Assembly (NCBI GenBank): GCA_963719315.1
Contig: CAVRBU010000020.1
Location: 1-64,000, forward strand
DNA length: 64,000 nt
Direction of reading: 5' to 3'
From: an uncultured Planctomycetota bacterium
GTDB taxonomy: Bacteria > Planctomycetota > Planctomycetia > Pirellulales > Lacipirellulaceae
The notes beneath the pieces were generated by a model that did not search any database, was not told the DNA's origin, and saw only the letters and a list, made by a program, of their open reading frames with translations. Below, piece after piece: positions 31,898 through 42,182 of the stretch (position 1 is its first letter; every line of letters begins with the position of its first letter). The position numbers and the translations under genes are program-made.

Positions 31898-32851
31898 ATG
31901 GAAACAAAGCAATTTGTATTTGAGTACGACCACAAGCGAACTGGGAGTTCGTTGATCGTGCATGCTGACTGCCTGGAATGGCTTAGCCGTATATCGGAAA
32001 ACTCCATCCATGCCGTTGTTACAGACCCACCCTACGGTGTCAAAGAATACGATCTCGACCAATTGGAAAAACGGGCGAGCGGCAATGGTGGGATTTGGAG
32101 AATTCCGCCATCATTTGACGGTCATACGCGTTCACCCTTGCCGCGGTTTACGGCCCTGGACGCGCGAGAACGAATCCGCCTGCGGCGATTCTTTGTCGAT
32201 TGGGGCAAGCTAGTTGGGCGCGCCCTTCGTCCAGGCGGTCACGTTTTTATTGCGACTAATGCTTTTATCGCCCAATTGCTCTATGAAGCCTTGGTTGAAT
32301 CAGGTTTAGAGTTTCGAGGCCAGTTGATCCGGTTGGTACAAACCCTACGCGGGGGCGATCGGCCAAAGAACGCGGAGGCTGAGTTTCCGGGCGTCTCTTC
32401 GCTGCCCAAGGGCCGTTACGAGCCGTGGGGCATCCTGCGCAAATCATTACCCTCTAAAATGACAGTCAGCGAATGCCTGCGCCAATGGCAAACTGGTGGC
32501 CTGAGGCGCACGGCGAACGACAAACCGTTCAATGATGTAATCGCCAGCGAGCGAACACCTCGCCGAGAGCGCAACATCGCGGACCACCCGAGTCTTAAGC
32601 CACAATCTTTTTTGCGGAGAGTCGTTCACGCAGCATTGCCATTAGGCAGCGGAATCATTCTCGATCCGTTTATGGGGTCGGGTTCAACGATTGCGGCAAT
32701 CGAGGCCGTCGGGCTTAGCGGTGTAGGCATCGAACGACATCGGAATTACTACGACTTAGCGAGCAAAGCCATCCCGCGCCTGGCTGCGATGGAGGTGCCG
32801 AATATCGATGGCCACATCGAGACGACTCGACCGCAAAAGAGCTTGTTTTAG
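31898..32851 (+). CDS. Site-specific DNA methyltransferase, beta class (N4-C/N6-A)
   Basis: VTDPPY before HPSLKP and ILDPFMGSGST. Confidence 0.92.
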   Translation: METKQFVFEYDHKRTGSSLIVHADCLEWLSRISENSIHAVVTDPPYGVKEYDLDQLEKRASGNGGIWRIPPSFDGHTRSPLPRFTALDARERIRLRRFFVDWGKLVGRALRPGGHVFIATNAFIAQLLYEALVESGLEFRGQLIRLVQTLRGGDRPKNAEAEFPGVSSLPKGRYEPWGILRKSLPSKMTVSECLRQWQTGGLRRTANDKPFNDVIASERTPRRERNIADHPSLKPQSFLRRVVHAALPLGSGIILDPFMGSGSTIAAIEAVGLSGVGIERHRNYYDLASKAIPRLAAMEVPNIDGHIETTRPQKSLF

Positions 32852-33489
32852 GCCCGATAAATCCAGTTGGCTTCCATCTTGGCGAAGCCGCTCGGCATTA
32901 CACTGGCCGTAATTGTTCGGCGACTGGTTGCCGATCGGCCCGAAAACTTCCAATCGGTGGCTTCCAATTGCGCGCCAACCACTTTGACGAATCGGAACGG
33001 CCGCGGCACGATTCCTTTTCCCGCGTGGGCGGATGTGTTGGAATCAAATACGAACACCATCAGCCACATCGGTTCGGCGTTGTGGCCCTGCCAACCGCGT
33101 TCGTGCCGCGAGCCTTTGACTTCGATTCCATCAGTAGCGTGCAAAATAGAGTCGCCTGGAAAAGTACGGGCCGGCAGCAAATCCGGATGGCCATTGTGGT
33201 ATTTGTTGCGCACGATCGTCTTGCAGTATTTCGGAATCGCTGCACCCATGAATTCGCCGACGATGCTGCTGAATGCGGCCGGCATCATGAAGGATTCCAG
33301 CCGCTCAATCTGCTTTGTGTTCAGTTGGGTATTGATGAACCCGAGGAAATCCAGAAAGGCCTGCATTGACCGGCGAATATGATTCGTTGTAACGCCGTAT
33401 GGGATCTTTGCGGCAGGATTGAACGCTTTAGCATTCAATGCTATCGGCAAGCACGCCGCGAGTTCCTTGTTGACGACCATCCTTGACAT
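32848..33489 (-). CDS. Putative PD-(D/E)xK restriction endonuclease
   Basis: HPDLLP...GIEVKGS motif; convergent with and overlapping the MTase. Confidence 0.6.
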   Translation of the reverse strand: MSRMVVNKELAACLPIALNAKAFNPAAKIPYGVTTNHIRRSMQAFLDFLGFINTQLNTKQIERLESFMMPAAFSSIVGEFMGAAIPKYCKTIVRNKYHNGHPDLLPARTFPGDSILHATDGIEVKGSRHERGWQGHNAEPMWLMVFVFDSNTSAHAGKGIVPRPFRFVKVVGAQLEATDWKFSGRSATSRRTITASVMPSGFAKMEANWIYRA

Positions 33490-33860
33490 TCCCTGGCGTT
33501 CTTGGGGGTGGGAAGATTATGAAATTAGGGCGATGCCAGCAAGTCCAGCTCTGCGAGCGGCACCCGATTGGCAGTAATCAAATGCCTCTCAAGGCCAAGT
33601 GCCCCCACAAGCTTGATCGGCGAAGGAACCGGCATCGTTACAATCCCTTGCGAAGGCAAATCTTGCCGCTCTGCCAAGTGAAATGCCTTGATGCAGGCGT
33701 GAGCTGCGTGTTGCGGTCTGCTGCCGGCGGTCGATGAACTATTGGGCAGTGCTGCAAGCGACCGGTTCCCGGTCGATTTGCTAGTTGTGCACTCGCTCGC
33801 CCGCCTTCGCCGCCCCACACCCCCCTGACAGCGTTCCGGTTCGATCCGGCGCCATCCCCG

Positions 33861-34034
33861 ATGTCGACCCCACCGCTATCGCCGCGCGAATTGGTCGATC
33901 GACTGGACGCACGTCACGAAGAATTGATTGGCAGGCTGGATGAGCTCAATGCACAGATCGAGGCGGCCCTGGCTGAATTCGGGAGGTCGCGAGAGGCCGC
34001 GAAGTCCCAGGATATGACTGCTAAAGCGGCGTGA
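33861..34034 (+). CDS. 57-aa coiled-coil hypothetical protein (below the ORF-track cutoff)
   Basis: MSTPPLSPRELVDRLDARHEELIGRLDELNAQIEAALAEF... Confidence 0.55.
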   Translation: MSTPPLSPRELVDRLDARHEELIGRLDELNAQIEAALAEFGRSREAAKSQDMTAKAA

Positions 34035-34095
34035 GTTGAACCGCTAATGCGAGCTAACAACTCAACCTCAATTTGAGCTTGGATGGAGTCAGCAC

Positions 34096-34195
34096 GGCTT
34101 TGCACAGGAAGTAGGTCCCGCTTGCGGAGCGGAACCTGAATCTGCTTTGCTACCTTTTGAATTCGCCCAGGTCCCTTCCGGCAGAAGGGACCTAC
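34096..34195. repeat. GTAGGTCCC-type REP doublet
   Basis: GTAGGTCCCGCTTGCGGAGCGGAACC...GGTCCCTTCCGGCAGAAGGGACCTAC. Confidence 0.8.
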
Positions 34196-34233
34196 GAAGA
34201 CTTTGTGGGCAAAAGTACCAGTATGCACTGGCT

Positions 34234-35775
34234 TTAGTGAACGAACTCCACGCCTAGATCGAAGCCGTTGGACAGCATCGTTTGGGTGTCGGCGTTGACG
34301 TAGCCCATATCCGGCAAACTGTAGTGCACGGAAGGCGCCGCCCGACGGATGCCGCTGATCACCGAACCGGTGTAGCCGAAGTTCAAGGCAAACGAGCTGG
34401 TGAAGTGGTACGAGGCGTGGACGCGCAATTCTCCGACTGGCGCGAAATTTTGTTCACGCAGGCCGTGTGCGAACGCGGTCGGGCGTCCGTATAGTGGCTG
34501 GTTCAGCGCGCCCGGCACCAGGCCTTCGCCCATCAAGCCGAGCTGATTCCAGTCCGCGACGTTGTAGCCGAACATGAAGCGGGCGTCCGTCTGAATTCTC
34601 CAGCGTTGCCGCTGATTGATCCATTGGGCGGCAATCTGCGGGCCGACAATCGAGTTGGTGAACGACGTGTCCCAGAACGCATCGTGGAGGATGCTGCCCG
34701 CGGCGTCCACGCGGAAATCGTCATATAACCGCAAGAATCGCGCACCGTAGGCGATGCTAAGCCGGTTGTTCTGGTGCTTGGCCATGTAGTGCTGGTTAGT
34801 CAGATCGTGCGTCCACATGGCTTCGACGCCATCCGTTTGCGTGGTGGAACGCACCGTGACGGAATCGAAGAAGATGTTGAACGTGTGAAGATCGCCGAAA
34901 TCCACGATGTGGCCGATAGTTCCGTCAGGATTTACGACCAGGACGTTGCCCCAGATGCCGTTGCCGTTGAGGTCGTCCGCCAAGCGGAAAACTTCGGTAT
35001 TGCCGACCGTTGTGTCTTCGGTGAACACGGGCAGTCCGTAACTTCCCACATACAGGAGCGGCCCAGCGACCGTGCCGCCCGACGCGGGGTTTAGGTTTTG
35101 TAGATAATCGCGGAACCCTTTCAGGTAACCTGGCGGCGTTTCGAAGAGCACGGGCACACTACCGAAGCCGAATGCCCGGGCCTCGCCGACCGGGCCCGTG
35201 CCTGGGCCGATATCGGTGCCGTCTGTGTAGTCATCGGGAATGAAGGGCGGAATTCCGTTTCCGAGGGCCGGATCGGGAACGAATCCGTAGAACTCCTGTT
35301 GGTTCAGTTGCGGACCGTCCAAAACGCTGATCTGCCAGCCGTGTCCGTTGTCGCGATATCCGAACTCGTAGCGATTGCCGAGCGCGAAGCCGGCCCGCGG
35401 CGGCACGTTCGTTAATCCGTTATGCACTAGATATGGCGTCGGCGGCGGACCGTTGATGTCCTGCGGATTGGGGCTGTAGATCACTTCCGCAAATTGTCCT
35501 TGAACCATAACGCCGTTGATGTTCTCAGAGACGTTCGGGCTACCCACGGTCGTGCGCTCGCCCGTATAGGCCCAGAAGAGCTTGTTGTACTCGAAGAAAT
35601 AACCCGACCACTGGTCGTCGACCATGTTGTCCAGGTCGAGGTCGAACGGCGCAAAGATCTGGAGATCTTGCTCGTAGTTCGACGGCCCCATCGGCAGGTT
35701 TTCTTCGGCGCGCCCGGTGCGCAGCAATGCGCAGAGCGTTACGGCGGCCAACGATCCGAGTAAACGGTATTTCAT
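34234..35775 (-). CDS. BBP7-like outer-membrane beta-barrel
   Basis: Signal peptide, NSIVGPQI, APVGELR, C-terminal GFDLGVEFVH. Confidence 0.75.
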   Translation of the reverse strand: MKYRLLGSLAAVTLCALLRTGRAEENLPMGPSNYEQDLQIFAPFDLDLDNMVDDQWSGYFFEYNKLFWAYTGERTTVGSPNVSENINGVMVQGQFAEVIYSPNPQDINGPPPTPYLVHNGLTNVPPRAGFALGNRYEFGYRDNGHGWQISVLDGPQLNQQEFYGFVPDPALGNGIPPFIPDDYTDGTDIGPGTGPVGEARAFGFGSVPVLFETPPGYLKGFRDYLQNLNPASGGTVAGPLLYVGSYGLPVFTEDTTVGNTEVFRLADDLNGNGIWGNVLVVNPDGTIGHIVDFGDLHTFNIFFDSVTVRSTTQTDGVEAMWTHDLTNQHYMAKHQNNRLSIAYGARFLRLYDDFRVDAAGSILHDAFWDTSFTNSIVGPQIAAQWINQRQRWRIQTDARFMFGYNVADWNQLGLMGEGLVPGALNQPLYGRPTAFAHGLREQNFAPVGELRVHASYHFTSSFALNFGYTGSVISGIRRAAPSVHYSLPDMGYVNADTQTMLSNGFDLGVEFVH

Positions 35776-36403
35776 TATTTGTTTCCCCCTACCGTGGAAA
35801 CGCGGCGGAAGTGAGCAGGGCGGTGGCGCGACGAGCGGCCCCACCGGGTCTGCCGTGTGGGTAGTATCGGATGCGCCATCCGTACCAGTTGAGTAAGATC
35901 GGTAAAGAGTGACGAAAATCGGGGTCGTTCCGATTTTGTCGGCCGAGTTTTCTTAGGAACGCCAGCGAGGAGAGCGGCAGGAAGCTGAATTCGCAAGAAT
36001 CCAGTCCGAGCAGCTAGCGGCGGAGCTACTGCTAGTCCGGCATCGAAGGGCACGGCCGGAGATGGTACGGCAGCATTTGGCCCATAAAAAAAGCTCCCAC
36101 AGGTGGGGCAGGAACCTGTGGAAGCCGTGGAGTCGAGGCCTATTAGCCCCGATGGCCTTTATAATACCCCAAAATCTCCTCAAAGCAAAGATATTCTCAA
36201 AAAATAAAGGCGAATATTTGGGAAATTGATGAAACGGCCAAAAGCAACTACTTCTGGGGGGCTTTGGAGAAGTCTGGGGAATCCACGCCAGGCCAGGGCC
36301 CAACCTGCTGGATTGGCACCAACACCTTCGGACCGACGTGAATCGACCGCCATCATTGAAGGTTCGTTTTGAGCGGCCTCGATTAGCAATAGGTCGCGCA
36401 AGC

Positions 36404-36525
36404 GTGGTGACCTATTTTGAGGCACAACAAGCTTGTAGCACGGACTTCAGTCCGTGATTCTTGTACGGACTGAAGTCCGTGCTACAAAGTACCGGTCCGA
36501 ACGGCGCCAAAATTAGGACACCACC
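36404..36525. mobile_element. About 120-bp MITE, copy 1
   Basis: GTGGTGACCTATTTT...AAAATTAGGACACCACC ends; core TTGTAGCACGGACTTCAGTCCGT...ACGGACTGAAGTCCGTGCTACAA. Confidence 0.8.
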
Positions 36526-36636
36526 CACGCGAGCGATGCTTTGTCTCGGAATCCTGCGCGGCGTATACTTTTCAGCGAGCGCTAGCTGTTCGACTTATCA
36601 TTAAAGCGCTCGGAAACGAAAAATGGGAACTTTTCG

Positions 36637-37658
36637 ATGAACTTGCACAAAGGTCGCTCGAAGGACGGAACTCTCTGGCTCCGCTCGTGGTGGCTGACAG
36701 CTTCAGTACTGGTAATTGGTCAACTGGTGACAGTCGGCGCTGCGCACAGGCGACAGCACCAGCGCGGCCTGCCGTCAAAGCCAAGTCCGCCGTCAAAGCA
36801 GTCGCCAAAAACGACTTGGCGGCGACCACTGTTGACGCGAATGATCCCGCAATCGGGACGGACTGGGTGCGATTGAAGAAAGATGCGGATGGCCAGGTCG
36901 TGGGAATGCAGACGGCAATCGTGCGGTACGCGCCGGCCGCCGGCTCGGGAAAGGATCCGGCGGAGGTGGATTTGATCGGCGCCGTACACATCGCCGACGT
37001 GGCGTACTACAACCAGCTTAACGAGCGATTCAAGCAATACGACGCGCTGTTATACGAGCTAGTTGCACCGGAAGGGACGGTTGTCGAGAAGGGGCGCGGC
37101 ACTTCGAATACGCACCCGATCGGCGCGATGCAAAACGTGTTTAAGGATATGCTCGATCTCGATCATCAACTCTCGGACATCGACTACACGAAGCCGAATT
37201 TCGTGCACGCGGATATGTCGCCGGACGATTTCGCCAAGGCGATGGCGGATCGCCACGATACGTTCTTACAGATGTACTTCCGGTTGATCGGCCAAGCGAT
37301 GGCGCACCAGACCGAGATCACGGCCAACGGGCAATCGCCGGATTTGGAAATGATCACGGCGCTGTTCGCCCCCGACCGGTCTCGCCGGCTGAAGATCGTG
37401 CTTGCCCGGCAGCTTTCCGAGATGGAAAGCCTGATGGTCGGCTTCGGCGGTGAGGATGGATCAGCCATCATCACGGACCGAAACAAAAAGGCATTGGAAG
37501 TTCTTAAGAAGGAGCTAGCCAACGGCAAAAAGAAGATTGGCATCTTCTACGGCGCCGGGCATCTGAGCGATATGGACAAGCGGCTCCGCAAGGATTTCGG
37601 ATTGCGGCCGGTGTCGATCATGTGGCTGACGGCCTGGGATTTGGCCCCGAAGAAGTAA
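36637..37658 (+). CDS. Secreted conserved hypothetical protein (TraB/GumN-like; N-terminal frameshift)
   Basis: VDLIGAVHIAD, LLYELV, IITDRN, IFYGAGHL. Confidence 0.7.
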
Positions 37659-37693
37659 GGGGCCCACCCGACTGATAAATTGCACCCCTGCTC

Positions 37694-37814
37694 GGTGGTG
37701 TCCCAATTTGGCACCGTTCGGACCGGAGCTTTGTAGCACGGACTTCAGTCCGTACGAGAATCACGGACTGAAGTCCGTGCTACAAGGCTGTTGGCCGCAA
37801 ATTAGGACACCGCC
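37694..37814. mobile_element. About 120-bp MITE, copy 2, inverted relative to copy 1
   Basis: GGTGGTGTCCCAATTT...AAATTAGGACACCGCC with the same palindromic core. Confidence 0.8.
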
Positions 37815-37942
37815 TCCTGCTGCTTGCGCTTCCGACGGATTGTTCCGCCTGATACACTGGCGGGAGCGAATACTAATTGTTTGGTTCGCGGCGAAGTTGT
37901 TGCGTTCCGCGGAAAGTCAGAACTTAAGCGTCGAAGGAGCCC

Positions 37943-38044
37943 ATGATGGCCAAGCCAGGTCGAAAAGTAAAGAAAGCCAATCACGGCAGGCGCCCCGCCT
38001 GCAGCCGCCCGCGCAAGAACCGCCGCCACGCGGTGAAGACCTAG
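37943..38044 (+). CDS. bL37-like small basic ribosomal protein (33 aa)
   Basis: MMAKPGRKVKKANHGRRPACSRPRKNRRHAVKT; GAAGGAG RBS; KANHG(K/R)RP motif. Confidence 0.7.
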   Translation: MMAKPGRKVKKANHGRRPACSRPRKNRRHAVKT

Positions 38045-38056
38045 CAGCTTTCCGCC

Positions 38057-38122
38057 GTAGCCGAAGTCGCAAGACTTCTGGCAGTGAGCGAATTGCGTCG
38101 GAATTCTTGCGAATTCCGCTAC
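38057..38122. repeat. GTAGCCGAA-type REP
   Basis: GTAGCCGAAGTCGCAAGACTTC...GAATTCTTGCGAATTCCGCTAC; also at 39505 and half copies near 31130 and 53180. Confidence 0.7.
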
Positions 38123-38154
38123 TTCGCCATCGATGCCATTTAGTTGAGGTCGAA

Positions 38155-38664
38155 GTGCCCAACAAAGATTTGATCCTCGATTTTTCGGAGTACGACCTCG
38201 ACCACGTCGTGGCCGACATCGAGGAAATTCGTCGCTACAACCCGCAGCGCCATGAAATGGAGCAGCTTACGGCGATCGTTTACGACGACGTGGCGACCGG
38301 CGTTTGCGTTGGCTACAAGGACATAGGCGATCACGAGTTCTGGGCCCGCGGCCACATGCCGGGCATGCCCATCATGCCCGGGGTGGTAATGTGCGAGGCG
38401 GCCGCGCAGATGTGTAGTTATCATTCGCAGCGTCACAACTTGCTGGGCGCAGAAATGGTCGGCTTCGGGGGCATGGACGAAGTTCGGTTTCGCGGCGTGG
38501 TCGTGCCGGGCGACCGGCTGGTCGTCGCGGCCCAGAAGCTGCAACTCCGCGTCGGGGCGATGATTCGGTGCCGCTTTCAATGCTATGTGCGCGAGCTGGT
38601 CGTTTGCGAGGGAGAGATTCGTGGCATTCCGATTCCGGTGGCGGCGCTGAGCGCACGCGCCTGA
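38155..38664 (+). CDS. fabZ: FabA/FabZ-family 3-hydroxyacyl-ACP dehydratase
   Basis: GHMPGMPIMPGVVMCEAAAQ, VRFRGVVVPGD. Confidence 0.85.
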   Translation: MPNKDLILDFSEYDLDHVVADIEEIRRYNPQRHEMEQLTAIVYDDVATGVCVGYKDIGDHEFWARGHMPGMPIMPGVVMCEAAAQMCSYHSQRHNLLGAEMVGFGGMDEVRFRGVVVPGDRLVVAAQKLQLRVGAMIRCRFQCYVRELVVCEGEIRGIPIPVAALSARA

Positions 38665-38683
38665 GGGGCGATGGTGATTCGCC

Positions 38684-39496
38684 ATGCTCTTTCCGCTCTT
38701 CGATTTGAATCCACGCAAGCGATTTCCGCTCATCACGCTGCTGATCATTGCCGCTAACATCGCGGTTACCTCGTGGTCCTGGTCGCTGCCGGACCAGAAG
38801 CAAAGCAAAATTGCGATGCACTATGGTTTCGTGCCGGCGCGGCTGTCGCACATTGGTCGGGGACGCGAGATCACAGCCCCCATTCGAGCCTTCGATGAAC
38901 GCAGTGGGCAAGCCGTGCAAGTCGGTGTTGCGCATTTGTCCACGAAGACCTCCGACGTTTACCTTACTTTTTTGACGACGATGTTCCTGCACGGCGGCTG
39001 GGGGCATCTGCTGATGAACATGTGGATGCTGTGGGTCTTCGGTAACAACGTCGAAGACCGGCTGGGGCATTTCGTGTACCTCGCGTTCTATTTGCTCGGC
39101 GGTGTGGTGGCGACGCTCGCGTTTTGGGCCTCTGATCCAAATGGAGTGATGCCCGTCATCGGCGCGAGCGGGGCGGTCGCCCCCGTGCTTGGCGGGTATG
39201 CGGTCACGTTTCCGACGGCGAAGGTGCGAACCCTCGTTTTCTTCCTGCTGATCGTGATCATCGATATTCCGGCGCTGGTGCTGCTGGGAATTTGGTTCGC
39301 GATGCAGGTCGTCTCTGGTCTGATGGGGGTGTGGGGCGTGCCGCTTGAGCCGGTGGCGTTTTGGGCACACATTGGCGGTTTCGTCGCGGGCATGATTCTG
39401 ATGCCGCTGTTCGGCCTGGGCGCGTCGCCGCCCGGAAAGGATTGGCGGAAAGAGGCGGAAGAAATGTTCCGGTACGAGGATCCGCGTTTCTCGTAA
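38684..39496 (+). CDS. Rhomboid intramembrane protease
   Basis: MFLHGGWGHLLMNM, GASGA, AHIGGF. Confidence 0.92.
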   Translation: MLFPLFDLNPRKRFPLITLLIIAANIAVTSWSWSLPDQKQSKIAMHYGFVPARLSHIGRGREITAPIRAFDERSGQAVQVGVAHLSTKTSDVYLTFLTTMFLHGGWGHLLMNMWMLWVFGNNVEDRLGHFVYLAFYLLGGVVATLAFWASDPNGVMPVIGASGAVAPVLGGYAVTFPTAKVRTLVFFLLIVIIDIPALVLLGIWFAMQVVSGLMGVWGVPLEPVAFWAHIGGFVAGMILMPLFGLGASPPGKDWRKEAEEMFRYEDPRFS

Positions 39497-39504
39497 CTTT
39501 TTGC

Positions 39505-39562
39505 GTAGCCGAGTTCGCAAGAATTCAGACACGGCAAGCTGAATTCGTGCGAATTCAGCTAC
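39505..39562. repeat. GTAGCCGAA-type REP
   Basis: GTAGCCGAGTTCGCAAGAATTCAG...CTGAATTCGTGCGAATTCAGCTAC. Confidence 0.75.
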
Positions 39563-39606
39563 GACCAAAGCATTTCTTCCGGATTGAAGTTCAAGAAGTT
39601 ACAACA

Positions 39607-40248
39607 ATGGCTCGCCGCGCACATCGAAAACTTGATCCGGCGCTCGATTTGAGTCGGCATCTCAAATTGCCGGCTCAATTGCCGCGGCCGTGGGACGCGA
39701 GGCAACTCTTCGGTCGGGTGGCGCCGTTGGAAGTCGAGGTCGGCAGCGGCAAAGGGTTGTTTTTGCAATCGGCGGCGGCGAGCAATCCGGATCACGATTA
39801 CCTGGGCATTGAAATCGCAACGAAGTATGCCCGCTTTGCGGCTGCGCGGCTGGCTCGGCGGGAACTAACGAACGCCGTGATGGTGCACGGCGACGCCCAG
39901 CCGATTTTCGCCGATTTGCTGCCCGACGAATCGCTGACCGCCGTTCATGTGTACTTTCCCGATCCGTGGTGGAAGAAGCGGCACGAAAAGCGGCGCTTGC
40001 TCAACGAGCGGTTCGTAAAGCAAGTCGAGCGGACGCTCGTAGCGGGCGGCTCGCTACATTATTGGACAGATGTACGCGAGCGGTTCGATGCCACGCTGGA
40101 GTTGCTCACCGCGCGGACGACGCTCGTTGGTCCGCTGGAGGTCGTCGAGCGGCCGGCGGAGCATGAACTCGATTTTCGCACGCATTTCGAGCGGCGGATG
40201 CGGCTGGCGGAGCTGCCCGTCTATCGAGCCGAATTTCGCAAGCGTTAG
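39607..40248 (+). CDS. trmB: tRNA (guanine-N7)-methyltransferase
   Basis: EVGSGKG, FPDPWWKKRHEKRR, THFE. Confidence 0.93.
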   Translation: MARRAHRKLDPALDLSRHLKLPAQLPRPWDARQLFGRVAPLEVEVGSGKGLFLQSAAASNPDHDYLGIEIATKYARFAAARLARRELTNAVMVHGDAQPIFADLLPDESLTAVHVYFPDPWWKKRHEKRRLLNERFVKQVERTLVAGGSLHYWTDVRERFDATLELLTARTTLVGPLEVVERPAEHELDFRTHFERRMRLAELPVYRAEFRKR

Positions 40249-40268
40249 CGATCCATCGCGTCGCCGCA

Positions 40269-40595
40269 CTACCAACGATAATAGGAGTAGTAAGGTCTTC
40301 GCACCGGGAATGCGGCGACCGCTGGGGCGTAGTACGCAACGCGTGGTGCGTAGTAGGTCGTTGCCGGCGCCGCGTAGTACACCGTCGTTGGGGCGGCCGC
40401 ATAGTACGTCGTGGTTGGTGCCGCGGCGTAGTAGGTTGTGGTGGGCGCGGCACTATAGTATGCGGTAGTTACAGGCGCTGCGGCATAATACACCGTCGCG
40501 GGCTGATAGTAGGATGTGTTGTAACACTGTGCATTAGCGGCGGCGGCGCCAATCAGCGCGGCGGCGATTGCCAGGAGCAATTCAATACGTTTCAT
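40269..40595 (-). CDS. Secreted Tyr/Ala/Pro/Thr repeat protein
   Basis: Signal peptide followed by tandem YYAAAPTTT-like units. Confidence 0.75.
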   Translation of the reverse strand: MKRIELLLAIAAALIGAAAANAQCYNTSYYQPATVYYAAAPVTTAYYSAAPTTTYYAAAPTTTYYAAAPTTVYYAAPATTYYAPRVAYYAPAVAAFPVRRPYYSYYRW

Positions 40596-40835
40596 CGTAG
40601 GATCCCCTTCTGCAACGAAAATAGGGTTTCGGGCAACAATCAGCGGTGCCCGCCGTGGCCACGCATTTGACTGCTTCCAATTATTGCGAAAATGTCGGCA
40701 AACGCAAGATGCGGGCAATTCTTTACAGGTGGCCCTCGGATCGTGTCCAATGCCTGTACGCAGGACCGACTCGACGGGCCTAGTTAGCGTGACGTGGGAC
40801 CAATCGCCTCGCTGCGCTGCGGGCCAAAAGCAACC

Positions 40836-41698
40836 ATGAAACTTACGCGCGTTCAAGCTATTCTCGACCGGCATCGGGCGATCGTGTTCCCGGGAGTGTA
40901 TGACACGCTTTCCGCGAAGCTTGCGGCGCGGGCTGGTTTTCCGATGGCGTTCATTTCTGGCTATTCGGTGGCGGCGACAGCCATCGGCGAGCCCGACCTC
41001 GGCCTCTTGACGCAAACAGAGATCGTTGAGCAAGCGCGGCGGGTGTGCCGCAGCGTCGAGATTCCGATCATCGTCGATGCGGATACCGGCTACGGCAATC
41101 CACTGAATGTGATTCGCACGGTCCGCGAGCTGATCGATGCCGGGGCGGCCGGTTGCTTTTTGGAAGACCAACAGTGGCCTAAGAAGTGCGGTCACATGCG
41201 CGGCAAACGGGTGATCGAGCGGGAGGAGTATTTGGATAAAGTGCGGGCGGCGGTTGATACGCGTGGCGAGGCCGACTTCTTTATCGTTGCGCGAACCGAT
41301 GCGTTGGCGGCCGTGGGGTTGGATGAGGCCATTGCCCGCGTCACCGAGGCGCGGGCCATCGGGGCGAACGCGAGCTTTGTCGAAGCGCCGAACTCACTTG
41401 CCGAGATGGCCGAGATCGGGCGGCGAGCGCCGCGCCCGTCGTGGCCAACATGATCGAAAAGGGCAAGACGCCAGTGCTTCCCAAGCAGAAGCTGGTCGAC
41501 CTTGGATTTCATTTGATTCTGTATCCGCTGGCGGGCTTGTTTGCCGCCGCTCACGGTCTGGCGACGGTCTACGACAAGCTCCGCCGCGAGGATACCACGT
41601 TGGGAGCGGAGGAGCAGTTGATGGCATTCGACGAATTCAACAAACTGATCGGCGTCGAAGCGAAGTACGAAATCGCGGAGCGGTATGGCGTGAAGTAA
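40836..41698 (+). CDS. Isocitrate lyase/PEP mutase family (methylisocitrate lyase-like; frameshift near 41435)
   Basis: VDADTGYG, LEDQQWPKKCGH, ARTDA, FVEAP. Confidence 0.88.
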
Positions 41699-42182
41699 AA
41701 CCAAAGCCAACCGCGAGGCACGCAGCGTGAAAGAGCAATGACCAATGACCAGGACTATGATTGCTAACAATTGGTCATTGGGATTTGGTCTTGGTCATTA
41801 TTTCTTCGCGTTCTAGTGGTTCCATTACTGCTCTCAGCGTCTCGGCGTGAAACTTTCCCGCGAATTCCAGAAAGTCGCAGCCGCCCTAAGTGCTTGTCTC
41901 GTAAAGCCTACGCGCATTTTGCAGTTGTAGCGGCTTTCGCCCCGTGGACGTTCTGTTCCAGGGAGGTGTAAAATAAGGCACTGCGAAGTTAGACCATGCG
42001 ATCTGCGCTCGAACTTGAACAAATGCTCTTCAGAATACTTCACGCGGCTCGGAGCCAGCGTGTATCGGTTGGAGCGAGCGTTGGTCTGCTTGTTAAATCA
42101 CCGTCAATTCAATGCAGGCGGTTTGCCGGCTCTTCCACCTACCTGTGCCGGACTTTGACGCAGCGATAGTTGCGTTCGATCT

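Noticed and set aside
40330..40510. 27-nt periodic repeats as a CRISPR array
   Set aside because: In-frame coding repeats with no unique spacers
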